This document shows, in pieces, positions 19,092 to 20,115 of a stretch of 20,115 nucleotides of DNA. Position 1 is the stretch's first letter; each line of letters starts with the position of its first letter. This DNA is from Thraustochytrium aureum (taxonomy: Eukaryota): assembly GCA_012862495.1 (NCBI GenBank), contig BLSG01000080.1, forward strand, positions 180,673-200,787. Reading direction: 5' to 3'. The notes beneath the pieces were generated by a model. The model made no database searches. It was not told the origin of the DNA and worked only from the letters and a program-made list of their open reading frames with translations. The translations under genes were made by a program, and so were the position numbers.

Positions 19092-20115
19092 TCAGAGCCT
19101 GGAGGCTGGTGCGGGCGGGTTGGCCCCGAGGACCTCCATAATGTCCCGGAAGGCCTGTTCAATCGCGGCGCGGAACCGCACCGCGTCCTTGCCGTTGCCC
19201 GTGGCGCGGCGCGACGCTACAGTGGCCACAATCGTGTCGCGGTGCGTAAAGCGGTAGCAGCAGGCGTAGGCCGCAGGGTCGTAGGCACCAAAGCCGGGCC
19301 AATCCTCAACCGCCCAGGGCATCTGGCTCGTGGAAAGTGTAAAGCGCGTGCTCTTTGTGTAGGCCAGGTCCTGGAAGAGAGGGTGCATCGGCATCCCGTT
19401 CTCCGCCGCGAGGAGACGAAGGCCCATGAGGTGGCGGTCCACGCCGTTGCCAGACATGCACCGGCGCAGATAGTTTCGGTGGTGGTCGGCAGCGGCCCGG
19501 ATCATCTCGGCGACCTCGCGGCGGGGCGTCGCGCTGTCTGCGAAGGCCTCGAGGAAGCGCTTCATGTGAATACTCTGAGGGCGGATGGTCTCTGTTCGCC
19601 CATGCAGGAAGCCACGTGTGGAGGCGGTCTCGTACGGCACCGGGACCTGGCCCTGATCGCGGTAAAACGCCAGAGCGAGACTCATCTGGACGAACGAGTC
19701 CGTGGAGATGCCCTTGCACCTTTGCGCGATAGTCTTGGCTCCAAAGTCGGGAAACTCGAGACAGGTGACGATGTTGTCGTCGATGACACCAGCCAGGTAC
19801 TCGCGCGCCTCTGCGACCACGCGGCGCATTTCGGGGTTGATGTCGAGGTCCGCGCGGCGCGGCAGAGACGGCGTGGTGCCAGCGCGCTTTGGAGGCCCCG
19901 GTGTCAAGGGTGACGGGAATGCCGGACACGCCAGCCTTGATCGGGTGGGCGTAGTTGGCTGGGAATCCGATGCCCCTCGGCGCGTTGAGCTCGACAAACT
20001 CGTCAATGTAGACGTACATGCGCGCCGGGACGACCGCGTCGGCAGAGCTGTGCTCCAGGTTGGTGATGAGCGCGCCGTTCTCAAAGAGAAGGTGCGTCTG
20101 CGACTTGTCAAACCA
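19092..20115 (-). CDS. Carnitine O-acyltransferase (choline/carnitine acyltransferase family), C-terminal part, with PTS1 (SRL); 1-nt frameshift between ~19960 and 19850
   Basis: From the window edge: WFDKSQ...NLEHSSADA (catalytic His at ~20050-20052). In the shifted frame: STDSFVQMSLALAFYRD, YETASTRGFLHGRTETIR, GNGVDRHLMGL, LSTSQ (carnitine-binding STS motif) and GFG..Y..CY. The protein ends ...PASRL* (TGA 19092-19094). Confidence 0.93.
   Translation of the reverse strand, partial: GLTSRRRTFSLRTARSSPTWSTALPTRSSRRACTSTLTSLSSSTRRGASDSQPTTPTRSRLACPAFPSPLTPGPPKRAGTTPSLPRRADLDINPEMRRVVAEAREYLAGVIDDNIVTCLEFPDFGAKTIAQRCKGISTDSFVQMSLALAFYRDQGQVPVPYETASTRGFLHGRTETIRPQSIHMKRFLEAFADSATPRREVAEMIRAAADHHRNYLRRCMSGNGVDRHLMGLRLLAAENGMPMHPLFQDLAYTKSTRFTLSTSQMPWAVEDWPGFGAYDPAAYACCYRFTHRDTIVATVASRRATGNGKDAVRFRAAIEQAFRDIMEVLGANPPAPASRL

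Noticed and set aside
451..19899. Programmed +1 frameshifting at GGG-GCC-T, the context shared by the breaks at 454-457 and 19896-19899
   Set aside because: The same heptamer in the same phase is read without shifting in the Tubby domain (12855-12861, IGAY) and apparently in Ku70 (4816-4822, RGAF). Homopolymer error is simpler.
309..19913. Long antisense or alternative-frame ORFs (e.g. 309..1298+, 4363..5901-, 6581..7801+, 13372..14112+, 17174..17956-, 19020..19913+)
   Set aside because: They are shadows of real genes in high-GC DNA or are inflated by N-runs; Arg/Ala/Pro-rich with no recognisable motifs.
1..20115. CRISPR array, tRNA or rRNA genes
   Set aside because: No regularly spaced direct repeats, cloverleaf or rRNA-like sequence seen in the resolved portions; the N-gaps cannot be assessed.

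Overview
GC-rich, gene-dense, intron-poor eukaryotic draft scaffold with 8 N-gaps (51-307, 2166-2209, 3188-3647, 4396-4788, 9027-9689, 12631-12813, 15480-15675, 17569-17715). Ku70 with a SAP domain, Tubby, tetraspanin-like and PTS1 features make it eukaryotic. Composition and CCAT/GGCA microsatellites suggest a protist such as a thraustochytrid-like stramenopile (inference only). Nine genes are supported: an acidic hypothetical protein (-, runs off the left edge), an RlmN-like radical-SAM RNA methyltransferase (+), Ku70 (+), a Myb/SANT-like orphan (-), an MRB1590-like ABC-class ATPase (-), a tetraspanin-like protein with a giant Cys-rich loop and an extra C-terminal domain (-), a RINGv-Tubby fusion (-), a long coiled-coil protein (+) and a carnitine acyltransferase ending in SRL (-, runs off the right edge). 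Four genes are split by single-base frameshifts at or near short homopolymers, probably assembly errors, so the ORF track fragments them. No CRISPR array, mobile element, tRNA or rRNA is evident. The most unusual items are protein domain architectures, not a multi-gene system.
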